Source of the DNA: Alphaproteobacteria bacterium | GTDB lineage: Bacteria; Pseudomonadota; Alphaproteobacteria; UBA828 | Reading direction: 5' to 3' | Assembly (NCBI GenBank): GCA_965221125.1 | Contig: CBDCRW010000003.1 | Location: 320,001-384,000 of the forward strand | Length of the DNA stretch: 64,000 nucleotides | Shown here: one piece after another, positions 1 to 9,142 of the stretch | Numbering within the stretch: the first letter of the stretch is position 1 | Layout of the letters: each line of letters opens with the position of its first letter | The notes under the pieces: model-generated | The model's database searches: none | What the model saw: only the letters and a program-made list of their open reading frames with translations | Told to the model about the DNA's origin: nothing | Made by a program: the position numbers and the translations under genes

Positions 1-2345
1 AACAGCACCGGCAGCAGCGTCAAATCGGCGATGAACGCAAAGGCAATGATCATCGCGGTCAGGATCCCGACCTGCGCGGTGGGAACGAACGGAGAGAGCG
101 CGAATATCAGGAAGCCGGCCACCAGCACGATCGTCGTCGTGAACACGGCCCGGCCGGCCGTGTCGTAGGAATAACGCACCGCTTCTTCGGGACTCTGGCC
201 CAATTCCTGCCGCGCGCGCCGGTACTTGCTGAGAAAATGAACCGTGTCGTCCACGACAATGCCTACGGTCATGGCGACGACGACGGAGAGCGAAAGTCCC
301 ACCTGCCCGACCGCCAAACCCCACACGCCGAAGCCCAGCGCGGCGGGAATCAGATTGGGGACGATGCTGATCAGGCCGAGGCGAAGCGATCGGAAAGCGA
401 AAAGAAGAATGGCGGAAATGGCCAGGAGCACCACCATTGTCCCGATCAGCATGGCGCGGATGTTGCGCTGGCCGATGTAGGCGAACAGCGCGGCGGGGCC
501 GGTGCTGTTGACGCTCGCGACATGGGCTGCGTTTTCCTTCAGCCAGGCCTCGGCGTGCGCGTTCAGGTCGAGCACCTCCTGCGACGATAGCGTCTCCGCC
601 GATACCGACACGCGCGTGGCGGACCTGGACCTGTCGATCTGGTTGTTCACGCCCAGGCCCAGCGGAAGCGAAAGCTCGTAAAGCAGCAGGTACTGCGCCA
701 CCAGCTCCTGGCTCTCCGGAAGCCGGTACGCGGCCGGGTCGTCGCCGTGCATGCTCTTGTTGAGCTGGCGGAAGGTATCGGTGATGACCGCCACGTGACG
801 CACCGGCGCCTGCGCGCGGTACCACGCGGCGAAATTCGAGACGTCGGCGAGGAAAAGCGGATCGGTCGCGCCGCCCTCGGCATGCGCTTCCAGCGAGTAT
901 TCGAGCAGGGTATTGCCGCTCAGGTGCTCGTCCATGAAATCGGTGTCCTGGCGAAACTCGACGCCTTCGTCGAAGAAATGAACCAGGACATCGTTGAGCT
1001 CGTTGCGCGGAATGGCCGCAGCCATCGCCAGCACGAACACCGCCCAGCCCAGGAACAGCATCTTCCTGTGGCGGAGCACGGAATCCGCCAGCACGTTCGT
1101 ATGCGGCAGGCGGAGCCGGCGCTCCCTTGCGGCAGGAAACGGAAGGAGCGAGAGCACGGCCGGCACAAGCCGGCGGTCCCTCGGCGCGCGAAGCGGGAGA
1201 AGCGAGAGCACGGCCGGCATGAACGTGACGGAGAGAATGAAGGAGGCCGCGATACCGATGGCGACGAAGTTGCCGAGATCGCGGTAGGGCGGCACTTCGG
1301 AAAAGTTCATGCTCAGGAATCCGAGCGTGGTCGTGAGGCTCGCCAGAAACACCGGATGCAGGTTGAGCCTCACGGCTTCGACGATGGCATCGCGCTTGGA
1401 ATCCCCGGCGCGCAGACGCTGCTGCAACGCCACGAGCAAATGCACACAGTTCGCCACCACGATCATCAGCACGATGGTCGGCGCCGGGGCTACGGGCGGA
1501 GAGAACGGCAGACCGAGCCACACGCCCAGGCCGACCGAGACGAGAATGGAAAAGACGATGACGATCCCGGTCCCCACCACGCCCGTCCAGCTGCGGGTGA
1601 GGACGCCGAGGATCACGGCCATGAGCAGCAGGCTCGCGGGCAGAAACATCATCTGGCTGCTGACCGAGGCTTCCAGGAAGGTCTGGTTGACCATGACCGT
1701 GCCGACGACGCGGAGGTCCATGCCGGGGAATTGCTGTTCCGCCTCCGCCGCGAGCGCTCTGGCGAATTCCGCGACTTCGGCCACGGCCTCCAACAGGCCG
1801 TCTTCCGGCAGCTCGACGGTGACGTTGACGACGCTGACATCGCCGTTGAGCCCCAGAATGCTGCCGGCGATGCGCGGGTCGGACAGGGCGATGTCGCGGA
1901 GTCGCGCGCGCGCGTCCGCGTCCGCCAGCTCCTGCGGATCGACCAGGTCCCGCACGTACAGATCGTCGCCGTCGGCGGTCGTGTACTGAAAATTGGCGAG
2001 CGAATCGACGCGCCGCGAAAACGGCGTGTTCCAGGCGGCCTTGGTAAGCCAGGCAGCGGCCGTGAGCGCGTCTTCGGACGTGGCATCGCCATCGTCGGGA
2101 ACGATCAGGAAGACGACGTTCTCGTTCTTCCCATAGGTGTTCTCCAGCGCTTCCAGGCCCAGAAGCTGCGGATTGTCCTCGTCGAAGAAGATCCGGTAGT
2201 TGGCGGAGAACTTGAGTTGCGTGACGCCCATCGCCGCGACCGCAACCACGAGCACCGACGCCACGATGACGATCCAGCGGGCGCCGAGCACCCGCTTCGC
2301 AAATCGCGTTGCGAACGGCTCCCTTGCTATGTCGCGCGTGTCCAC
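1..2345 (-). CDS. MMPL/RND-family transporter permease (3' end runs just off the window edge)
   Basis: Missing from the ORF track because its stop lies outside the window. Translated by hand from GTG at 2345: MDTRDIAREPFATRFAKRVLGARWIVIVASVLVVAVAAMGVTQLKFSANYRIFFDEDNPQLLGLEALENTYG...; the same frame ends ...AFIADLTLLPVL at position 3. About 780 aa, with two periplasmic loop plus TM-bundle halves typical of MMPL. Confidence 0.88.
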   Translation of the reverse strand, partial: MDTRDIAREPFATRFAKRVLGARWIVIVASVLVVAVAAMGVTQLKFSANYRIFFDEDNPQLLGLEALENTYGKNENVVFLIVPDDGDATSEDALTAAAWLTKAAWNTPFSRRVDSLANFQYTTADGDDLYVRDLVDPQELADADARARLRDIALSDPRIAGSILGLNGDVSVVNVTVELPEDGLLEAVAEVAEFARALAAEAEQQFPGMDLRVVGTVMVNQTFLEASVSSQMMFLPASLLLMAVILGVLTRSWTGVVGTGIVIVFSILVSVGLGVWLGLPFSPPVAPAPTIVLMIVVANCVHLLVALQQRLRAGDSKRDAIVEAVRLNLHPVFLASLTTTLGFLSMNFSEVPPYRDLGNFVAIGIAASFILSVTFMPAVLSLLPLRAPRDRRLVPAVLSLLPFPAARERRLRLPHTNVLADSVLRHRKMLFLGWAVFVLAMAAAIPRNELNDVLVHFFDEGVEFRQDTDFMDEHLSGNTLLEYSLEAHAEGGATDPLFLADVSNFAAWYRAQAPVRHVAVITDTFRQLNKSMHGDDPAAYRLPESQELVAQYLLLYELSLPLGLGVNNQIDRSRSATRVSVSAETLSSQEVLDLNAHAEAWLKENAAHVASVNSTGPAALFAYIGQRNIRAMLIGTMVVLLAISAILLFAFRSLRLGLISIVPNLIPAALGFGVWGLAVGQVGLSLSVVVAMTVGIVVDDTVHFLSKYRRARQELGQSPEEAVRYSYDTAGRAVFTTTIVLVAGFLIFALSPFVPTAQVGILTAMIIAFAFIADLTLLPVL
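1113..1220 (-). repeat. In-frame 54-bp degenerate tandem duplication inside the MMPL gene
   Basis: agcgagagcacggccggca occurs at 1147 and 1201 (period 54); it encodes MPAVLSLLPLRAPRDRRL / VPAVLSLLPFPAARERRL. Confidence 0.85.
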
Positions 2346-2382
2346 AGGACCGAGGCCCCTAGTTGCGGGCGGCCTGCTCGCA

Positions 2383-5322
2383 TCATGCGACCTGCCTCCT
2401 GACCAGTTCCCTGAAGACTCCGTCGACCTCCATGAGTTCGTTGAACGAGCCGTCTTGCACGACTCGTCCGGCCTGCAGCACGTAGATGCGGTCGGCCTGC
2501 TGCAGCGTGGACAGCCGGTGGGCGATGACGATCCGGGTGGACGTGAGCAGGGCCAGGTTCTGCATGACCTCGGCCTGGCTCTCGTTGTCGAGCCAGTTGG
2601 TCGCCTCGTCGAGCAGCATGATTCGCGGGCTGCCGATCAGCGAGCGGGCGATGGTGACGCGCTGACTCTCGCCGCCCGACAGGACGGAGCCGCTGCCGCC
2701 TACCATCGTCATCATGCCCATGGGCATGGCCTTGATTTCCCGTTCGATCCCGGCCGCGCGGGCCGCCTGCCACACGTCCTCGGTGGTCGTCCCCTCGTGG
2801 TGGGCGACGATGTTGTCCCACAGATCCTGCGGATGGAGCCGCACCGACTGCGGGACCGCGCCGATCTTCCGGCGCACCTGCTTCAGGTTCAGGTGTCGCA
2901 GGTCGCGCCCGTCATAATACACCGCGCCGGCGGTCGGCCGGTCGATTCCGAGCGCGAGCCGGAAGAGCGTGCTCTTGCCGGCGCCGGATTCGCCCGCGAT
3001 CGCGACGAAGTCGCCGGGCTCCGCGCGGATCGTGACATCGTCGAGGATCAACGGGCCGTCGGGCTCGTAGCGGAAGGACACCCGGTCGAACAGGACCTCG
3101 CCGCCGAGCCGCTCGACCGGCTCTCCTTGCGCCTCGGTCTCGGGCACGGCGGCGAGCAGCGGGCGCATCTGGTCGAACGCCGGCAGCATGGCGGCAACGG
3201 TGCCGAAGGAGTCGCCGAGCCGGGCGATGGCGGCCTGGAAGGCGATGAAGACGGTGTAGACGACGAGAAAATCGCCGACCGGGCCGTTCCGCTCGCCCAC
3301 CGTGACCACTGCGCACAGCAGCACCCCGCCGGCGATAAAGGGGAGCGCGGCGCCGAATGCCCGCGAATGCCCCTCGAGCGCACCCAGCTCGAGCTCCGCG
3401 CGTTTCTGCTCGCGATAATCCTGCGCCCAGATGGCGAACGCCGAGCCTTCCGCGTTTTCCACGCGCAGCTTGGCGATCCCTCCCACGATCTGGAACAGCC
3501 GGCCGGCGACGCGGCGCACCGCGCCGATCATCCGCCCGTAGGGCGCAATCTGGCGCAGCCCGATGCCAACGGTGACCAGCAGCGAGCCGATGCTGAAGAC
3601 GAGAGCGATGCCGCCCAAGGTGGCATCGTAGAAGAAGATGACCCCGAAGACCGGAAGCAGGAAGACGACCGACAGCAGGCTGTCGGCGACGACCCCCTGC
3701 AGCCCGTCGCGGAGGTTCTGGAACGTCATGCCGGACATGGCCAGATCGCCGGCCGGGTGGCGGTGCAGCACGGCCGGCGGAAGGCGCATGAGGCGGTCCC
3801 AGAAGGCGGCTTCGACCCGCGACGCCGAGCGCCCCTCAAGCCGCATCATCGCCGTGCCCTGCAGCAGGTGAAGCATCGCGCCGAGCAGGCCGAACCCCGC
3901 CAGCGTCGCGGCCGCGGCATAGATCGCTCCGGCGCTTCCGCCCGCCACGATGTGGTTCGCGACGAAGCCGAGCGCGAGCGCCGGCAGCAGCTTGATGAGA
4001 CCGCCGGGAAGCCCGGCAAGCACCAGCCGGGCCATGTCCGGGCCCGAGCCCTGCAGGGCAAGCCGCAGCAGGTCGCTCGGCTTCACCTGCCCCGACGGCA
4101 GGGGGCGATAGAACATCCAGGCTTCGTTCTGCAGCGCGGCGGCGCGCTCCGCCGTGACGCGCACGCTGCGCCCGCTGACCGGGTCGATCTCCCGGTAGCG
4201 CCCGAACGTTCCCGGCAGCAGCGCGACCGGCTGGCCGTCCTCGGCGCGGAACGCCAGCAGGGCGTTGCTGTCGCCCCGCCACCACGTCCCCGCGTCCTTG
4301 AACCGCACGCGCCGGGCGCGCACGCCGGACGCATCGAGAATGTCGACGAGGCCGACAGGCGTATCGGAGTGCCCGGAGCGTGCCGGAATCCTGAAATCGA
4401 TTCCCCGGTGGCGGCCGATGATCTTCAGAGCATCCGCCAGAGCCGTGTCCTCGACATCGCTGTCCCGGTCGGTCGGCTGGTCGTAGATATTGAAGAGTCG
4501 CTGCCGGGCAGATCTCTCGGCCGTGCGGCGGCTGGCGACCCTGGCGCGCTCGAGATTCGCATCGTCGACCACGGCCAGCCGGCGGTTGAGGCGTTCCAGG
4601 GCGAAGGCCACCGCGTGAAAGGAGGCGAGAGTCGGCAGCAGCAGGCCTTGCCGCACCAGCGCCTCGGTCGACTTGCCGGATACCTCCGCCTCGTCCAGCA
4701 GGGTGAGCCAGCTCGTCCGCGTCAGCGGTATGGCCGCTTCGTGCGCGCCGCCCGCCCCGGCGAACTCCGCCTGGTCGATCATGTCCATGAACAGGCTCGC
4801 ACCACGCGAGGGTTCGGACACCCACACCACGCCGCGCCTCACGGACAGCGTGCAGGGGGCCAGCGTCTGGGTCACGCCGGGCTCGGCCAGCGCGGTCTTG
4901 CGCGGAAGGTAGCCGACGAAACGCGACAACTCGTCGGTGATGGCGACCAGCCACGTATCGACCTGCTCCGCCAGCTCTTCCGGATGAGCCTCGGAGAGCA
5001 GGGATGCCGGCAGGCGCTTGAGCATGGTGCCCGGCAATCCCTTGGCGATCAGGCCGAGCCGCGTTTCCTTGCCGTCGCCCTGCTCGTCCGGCGCGACACC
5101 CGGCAGCAATTGCCCCGCTTCGCGGCGCAGCAGGTGCTGCGGCGCCGCCTGCTCCACCCCGTCCTTGAATTCGACGAAGAACAGGTCGACGGCGCCCCGG
5201 TCGATGAACCAGACACTGTCCGGGTCGTCGAGCTTGACCGGCAGGTTGCCGGCGCAGGGCACGGACGTGCCGGAGCGCGCGGCGAGCGCGGCGATCGATT
5301 CGTGTTCCGGCCCGGCCTGCAT
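2383..5322 (-). CDS. NHLM/NHLP bacteriocin-system ABC transporter, permease/ATP-binding protein without peptidase (TIGR03797-like)
   Basis: Start ATG overlaps the upstream stop (TGATG at 5324-5320). N-terminal LDDPDSVWFIDRGAVDLF domain, then an ABC TM domain, Walker A GESGAGKS, LSGGESQR, LLDEAT and AHRLST. Confidence 0.9.
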   Translation of the reverse strand: MQAGPEHESIAALAARSGTSVPCAGNLPVKLDDPDSVWFIDRGAVDLFFVEFKDGVEQAAPQHLLRREAGQLLPGVAPDEQGDGKETRLGLIAKGLPGTMLKRLPASLLSEAHPEELAEQVDTWLVAITDELSRFVGYLPRKTALAEPGVTQTLAPCTLSVRRGVVWVSEPSRGASLFMDMIDQAEFAGAGGAHEAAIPLTRTSWLTLLDEAEVSGKSTEALVRQGLLLPTLASFHAVAFALERLNRRLAVVDDANLERARVASRRTAERSARQRLFNIYDQPTDRDSDVEDTALADALKIIGRHRGIDFRIPARSGHSDTPVGLVDILDASGVRARRVRFKDAGTWWRGDSNALLAFRAEDGQPVALLPGTFGRYREIDPVSGRSVRVTAERAAALQNEAWMFYRPLPSGQVKPSDLLRLALQGSGPDMARLVLAGLPGGLIKLLPALALGFVANHIVAGGSAGAIYAAAATLAGFGLLGAMLHLLQGTAMMRLEGRSASRVEAAFWDRLMRLPPAVLHRHPAGDLAMSGMTFQNLRDGLQGVVADSLLSVVFLLPVFGVIFFYDATLGGIALVFSIGSLLVTVGIGLRQIAPYGRMIGAVRRVAGRLFQIVGGIAKLRVENAEGSAFAIWAQDYREQKRAELELGALEGHSRAFGAALPFIAGGVLLCAVVTVGERNGPVGDFLVVYTVFIAFQAAIARLGDSFGTVAAMLPAFDQMRPLLAAVPETEAQGEPVERLGGEVLFDRVSFRYEPDGPLILDDVTIRAEPGDFVAIAGESGAGKSTLFRLALGIDRPTAGAVYYDGRDLRHLNLKQVRRKIGAVPQSVRLHPQDLWDNIVAHHEGTTTEDVWQAARAAGIEREIKAMPMGMMTMVGGSGSVLSGGESQRVTIARSLIGSPRIMLLDEATNWLDNESQAEVMQNLALLTSTRIVIAHRLSTLQQADRIYVLQAGRVVQDGSFNELMEVDGVFRELVRRQVA

Positions 5323-7526
5323 CAGCCCGACATGACCAGCTTGTAGTACGTGCCGTCCTCGTCCGCGATCAGCGCGTCGTGCGTTCCGCGCTGCACCTCC
5401 GCGCCCTTGTCGAGCACGATGATCTCGTCGCAATCCCGCACGGTGCTCAGCCGGTGCGCCACGATCAGGCAGGTGACGCCGCGCCGCCGCAAGGCATCGT
5501 CGACGTATTCCTCCGTCGCGGCGTCTAGAGCGCTGGTCGCCTCGTCCAGAACGATCACCGTCGGATGGCCGACCAGCGCACGGGCGATTTCCAGCCTCTG
5601 CCGCTGGCCGCCGCTGAAATTCACCCCGCCTTCCTCGACCGGGGTCGCGTAGCCTTGAGGCCTGAGCAGGATTTCGTCGTGGATCCGGGCATCCCGCGTC
5701 GCGGCGACGATGGCCTCGTCGGGAACGGCCGGGTTCCACAACGTGATGTTGTCGCGCAGCGAGGCGGAGAAGAGCACGACATCCTGATCCACCATGGAAA
5801 TGGACCGCCGCAGCACGTCCTCCGGAATCTCCTCCCGAAGATGGCCGTCGAACAGCACTTCGCCCGACCAGGGCTGACAGATGCCCGAAACCAGACGCGC
5901 GAGCGTCGACTTTCCGGAACCGCTGGGGCCGACGATGGCAACCCGCTGCCCCGGCTCCAGCACGAGATTGAAGTCCTTTATCAAGGGCGGCCGGCTCTTG
6001 TTGAAACCGAATGTGACGTTTCTGAGTTCGAGATGGCCGGCAAGCTGGAGCCGGCCGTTGAAGGTGGAGATCGACTCCGATTCCTGGCTGCGGCGGCTGA
6101 TGACCGGGTCTTGCGCGGCCTTGGAGATGTCGTCCAGCCGTTGCAGGTCGGTCTCCAGCGCCTTGCGCCTGTCAGCAAACTCCAGGAAGCGCCCGACAGG
6201 CGCGAGAAACATCTCCGCCAGGATGTAGAACCCAACCAGAGTGCCGAGCGTCATGTCTCCGGCCAGGACCATGCTGCCCCCGAGGCCCAGGATCGCCGCT
6301 GCGCGCAGCGCGGCGACGAGGCCCGGAAGCGCGGTGTTGACGGAGCCCAGCTCGGAATAAAGCTGGCGCGCATGCAACTCGCGCGCCTGCTGACCGCTCC
6401 AGCGCGAGAAGAAGCGGTCGTCCGCGCCCGTCATGCGCAGGTTCTCGGCATGGCTCAGCATCTGCATGCCAACGCCGATCAGCAGCCCCTGCTCGCGCCG
6501 CATCGCCTGGCTTCGCACGGCGCGGAGCGCGTTGAGACCATGCGCCAGCAATCCGTGCACGATCGCCAGCAACAGCACGATCAGCGTGAGCACGACGTCG
6601 TAGGCGAACATCGCGATGAGCAGCACGGCGCTCATTGCCATGTCTATGATGAGCACGAGGAACTGGTCCGTCAGGTTCTTCGCTATCCGGTCGACGGACG
6701 AGACCCGGTCGGTCAGGTCGCCGACCAGCCTGTGCTCGAAGAACTCCACGGGCAATCGCAGCAGACGCGACAAGCTCCGGCTGTAGCCGATCACCGAAAT
6801 CCGCACGGCAAGCCGCTTCAGGAAGCGGTGCCTGAGAAGGGACAGGATGTAGACCAGCGCTCCGCCGCCAAGCAGGGCCGCCACCAGTCCGCCCCAGCGC
6901 CCGTGGTTTTCCAGGACATCGTCCACGAACACGCTGAGAGACGCGGGAACGATGAGCGCCAGCAGCGTCAGCATGAATCCGCAGGCGACCACACCGGTGA
7001 GCATGCGCCACGAGTCGACGAGCGAGGCGCTCAGTTGCCGGAACAGGTCGGGCTGCTTGCCGCCGGGGCTGAAATCGGCGCCGCGCTTGAACCGCAGCGC
7101 GATACCGCTGTAGTCCTTCTCGAATTCTTCCGCCGTGAGCCTGCGCCGCCCCGTGGACGGGTCATTGAGATGGTGATGGCGGCCGTCGAACCCCTCGTAG
7201 ACGACGAAATGGCTGAACTGCCAGAACAGGATCAGAGGCAAGTCCAGCTTTTTCAGCTGCGCGGCGCGCACGCTGAGCCCGTTGCATTCGAGACCGTAGT
7301 GCCTGGATGCGCGCAGGATGCTCGCGGCGCTGCTGCCGTCCCGGCTCACCTCGCATTTCTCGCGCAGCTCGGTCAGCGGCACCCAGCGCCCGAAATAGGC
7401 CAGCACGCTGCCGAGGCAGGCGGCCCCGCATTCCGATGCATGCATCTGCAGCAGAATGGGCGTGGTTACCCGTCGCTTCGAGACGTCCGCCTGATCTCCG
7501 GTTTTCTTCGAGGCGCGTCGCAGCAT
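5322..7526 (-). CDS. NHLM/NHLP bacteriocin-system ABC transporter with C39 peptidase (TIGR03796-like)
   Basis: TPILLQMHASECGAACL (catalytic Cys), FWQFSHFVV (His), LNDP; TM domain; GPSGSGKS, FSGGQRQR, LDEAT. Confidence 0.93.
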   Translation of the reverse strand: MLRRASKKTGDQADVSKRRVTTPILLQMHASECGAACLGSVLAYFGRWVPLTELREKCEVSRDGSSAASILRASRHYGLECNGLSVRAAQLKKLDLPLILFWQFSHFVVYEGFDGRHHHLNDPSTGRRRLTAEEFEKDYSGIALRFKRGADFSPGGKQPDLFRQLSASLVDSWRMLTGVVACGFMLTLLALIVPASLSVFVDDVLENHGRWGGLVAALLGGGALVYILSLLRHRFLKRLAVRISVIGYSRSLSRLLRLPVEFFEHRLVGDLTDRVSSVDRIAKNLTDQFLVLIIDMAMSAVLLIAMFAYDVVLTLIVLLLAIVHGLLAHGLNALRAVRSQAMRREQGLLIGVGMQMLSHAENLRMTGADDRFFSRWSGQQARELHARQLYSELGSVNTALPGLVAALRAAAILGLGGSMVLAGDMTLGTLVGFYILAEMFLAPVGRFLEFADRRKALETDLQRLDDISKAAQDPVISRRSQESESISTFNGRLQLAGHLELRNVTFGFNKSRPPLIKDFNLVLEPGQRVAIVGPSGSGKSTLARLVSGICQPWSGEVLFDGHLREEIPEDVLRRSISMVDQDVVLFSASLRDNITLWNPAVPDEAIVAATRDARIHDEILLRPQGYATPVEEGGVNFSGGQRQRLEIARALVGHPTVIVLDEATSALDAATEEYVDDALRRRGVTCLIVAHRLSTVRDCDEIIVLDKGAEVQRGTHDALIADEDGTYYKLVMSG

Positions 7527-7538
7527 CTCTTGGCCGCC

Positions 7539-8078
7539 TCAATCGAAGAAGGCGACCGGAGCCTGGGTGCCCAGCTCAATGACGATCCGGCACTTGCCGC
7601 CCGCAAGCGACGCAAGATCAACGCTTTCGTCGAGCGCGATATCGACGCGGTGCACGGTCACCGGCGCCGTGGACGCAACTGCCGTCAACTCTTCGGACAC
7701 GGGCGCGGGCGACATCGTCTCGATCACGCCGTCGAGCGTGCCGGATGTTCCACCGGCCAGGTCCACCTCTATCGCCACGGAAACACCGGCCTCGATATCC
7801 TCCGCGACGTCGCCCTCGATCCAGACGAGTGCGTGCACGGACCGCTGGCCTTCGGGCGAGTCGATGCCCGGCTCGAGCAACACGCCGTCGACCGCAAGGC
7901 TGCGGGTCACGCTGCCGAAGAAGAGCCACGCCAGGAGGATGCACAGCAACAGGGCGACACCGACGACCAGCAGACGCTCCCGCGGCGTGGAAATCGTCAG
8001 CAGGCGGTCGAGCTGTTCTCGTTCGTCCTTCGCCTCGGCGACAGTATTATGAAACGAGTCGAATGGACTATTAAACAT
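7539..8078 (-). CDS. Miniature NHLM secretion protein (HlyD-like, TIGR03794-related), 179 aa
   Basis: EQLDRLLTISTPR + TM helix + WLFFGSVTRSLAVDGVLL resembles the NHLM adaptor N-terminus, and CRIVIELGTQAPVAFF its C-terminus; the central coiled coil is absent. GGAGG lies upstream. Confidence 0.78.
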   Translation of the reverse strand: MFNSPFDSFHNTVAEAKDEREQLDRLLTISTPRERLLVVGVALLLCILLAWLFFGSVTRSLAVDGVLLEPGIDSPEGQRSVHALVWIEGDVAEDIEAGVSVAIEVDLAGGTSGTLDGVIETMSPAPVSEELTAVASTAPVTVHRVDIALDESVDLASLAGGKCRIVIELGTQAPVAFFD

Positions 8079-8254
8079 AACCGTGCGTCGCCTCCCCGCG
8101 GAGAGCCAGCAGAGACAAAGAAAATCCGATTCGGTGCGGCAAAAACTGGGGAGGTCCTATACAATCTCGACCAAGTGATAACAAGTCCTCAGGTCCGGGA
8201 CGCCGGGACATCGAACGATTCCGGCAAACCAACGCACGATGCGGCACGTTCATC
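8079..8254. promoter_or_regulatory. Divergent promoter region between the export operon and the LolA-like/barrel/halogenase operon
   Basis: 176-bp, relatively A-rich intergenic region between divergent starts; no specific site identified. Confidence 0.45.
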
Positions 8255-9142
8255 ATGAGATCTGCGCGGATACTGCCTGACCGCATAACCGCCGAAAGGC
8301 GGTTCAGCAAGCAGGGCCGTACAAAGAGTTGCACGCGCCCCCGGCGGGCTTCGTTCGGTATCCTCATTCTTGCGCTGGCGTGCCTCGTCCTGCCGGGCGC
8401 ACACGCCCTTGCCCAGGAAGAAACGCCGGAGGACAAGGGTTTGCGGATCGCGCTGGAAGCAAGCGCGCGCAACGACGGCTTTCAGGACTTCACCGCCGGA
8501 ATGACGATGGTGCTGCGCGACCGGCACGGCCGCGAGAGCGTGCGCCAGATGCGCTTCAAGGTGCTGGAGGTGCCGGGAGACGGCGACAAGAGCCTGTTCG
8601 TGTTCGACGAGCCGCGGGACGTGCAGGGAACCGCCCTGCTCACTCACGCGCACGTCAACAGCCAGGACGACCAGTGGCTTTACCTGCCGGCCCTGAAAAG
8701 AGTGAAGCGCATCAACGCCGCGCGGCGTTCGGGATCGTTCATGGGAAGCGAGTTCTCGTACGAGGACATGAGCTCGCTGGAGGTGGAGGAATACACCTAC
8801 AAATACCTTCGCGACGAGCCCTGCGGCGACCTCACCTGCACGGTGATCGAGCAGGTTCCCCTGGATGAGGAGTCCGGCTACAGCCGCAGGGTCGTCTGGC
8901 AGGATGCGGTTGAGCTTCGAACCTGGAAGATGGAGCTTTACGACCGCAAGGGCTCGCACCTGAAGACGCTTACCTTCGCCGACTATCGGCAATACCTGGA
9001 CCAATATTGGCGGGCGGGCGAGCAGACGATGGTCAATCACCTGACCGGCGCGAGCACGGTGCTTGAATGGACCGATTTTCGCTTCCGCACCGATATCGCC
9101 GAAAGCGAGTTTACCCAAACGGCACTCCGACGCGTGCGCTGA
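8255..9142 (+). CDS. Outer-membrane lipoprotein-sorting protein (LolA-like periplasmic carrier)
   Basis: Signal peptide ...LPGAHALA; family motifs DKSLFVFDEPRDVQGTALLT, DDQWLYLPALKRVKRI, SFMGSEFSYEDM and YDRKGSHLKTL. Exact start uncertain. Confidence 0.88.
   Translation: MRSARILPDRITAERRFSKQGRTKSCTRPRRASFGILILALACLVLPGAHALAQEETPEDKGLRIALEASARNDGFQDFTAGMTMVLRDRHGRESVRQMRFKVLEVPGDGDKSLFVFDEPRDVQGTALLTHAHVNSQDDQWLYLPALKRVKRINAARRSGSFMGSEFSYEDMSSLEVEEYTYKYLRDEPCGDLTCTVIEQVPLDEESGYSRRVVWQDAVELRTWKMELYDRKGSHLKTLTFADYRQYLDQYWRAGEQTMVNHLTGASTVLEWTDFRFRTDIAESEFTQTALRRVR

Noticed and set aside
747-8258. Long plus-strand ORFs (551, 1048 and 897 aa) and similar antisense or alternate-frame ORFs throughout the window
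   Set aside because: Shadow ORFs of GC-rich genes; they have no motifs and fully overlap well-supported genes.
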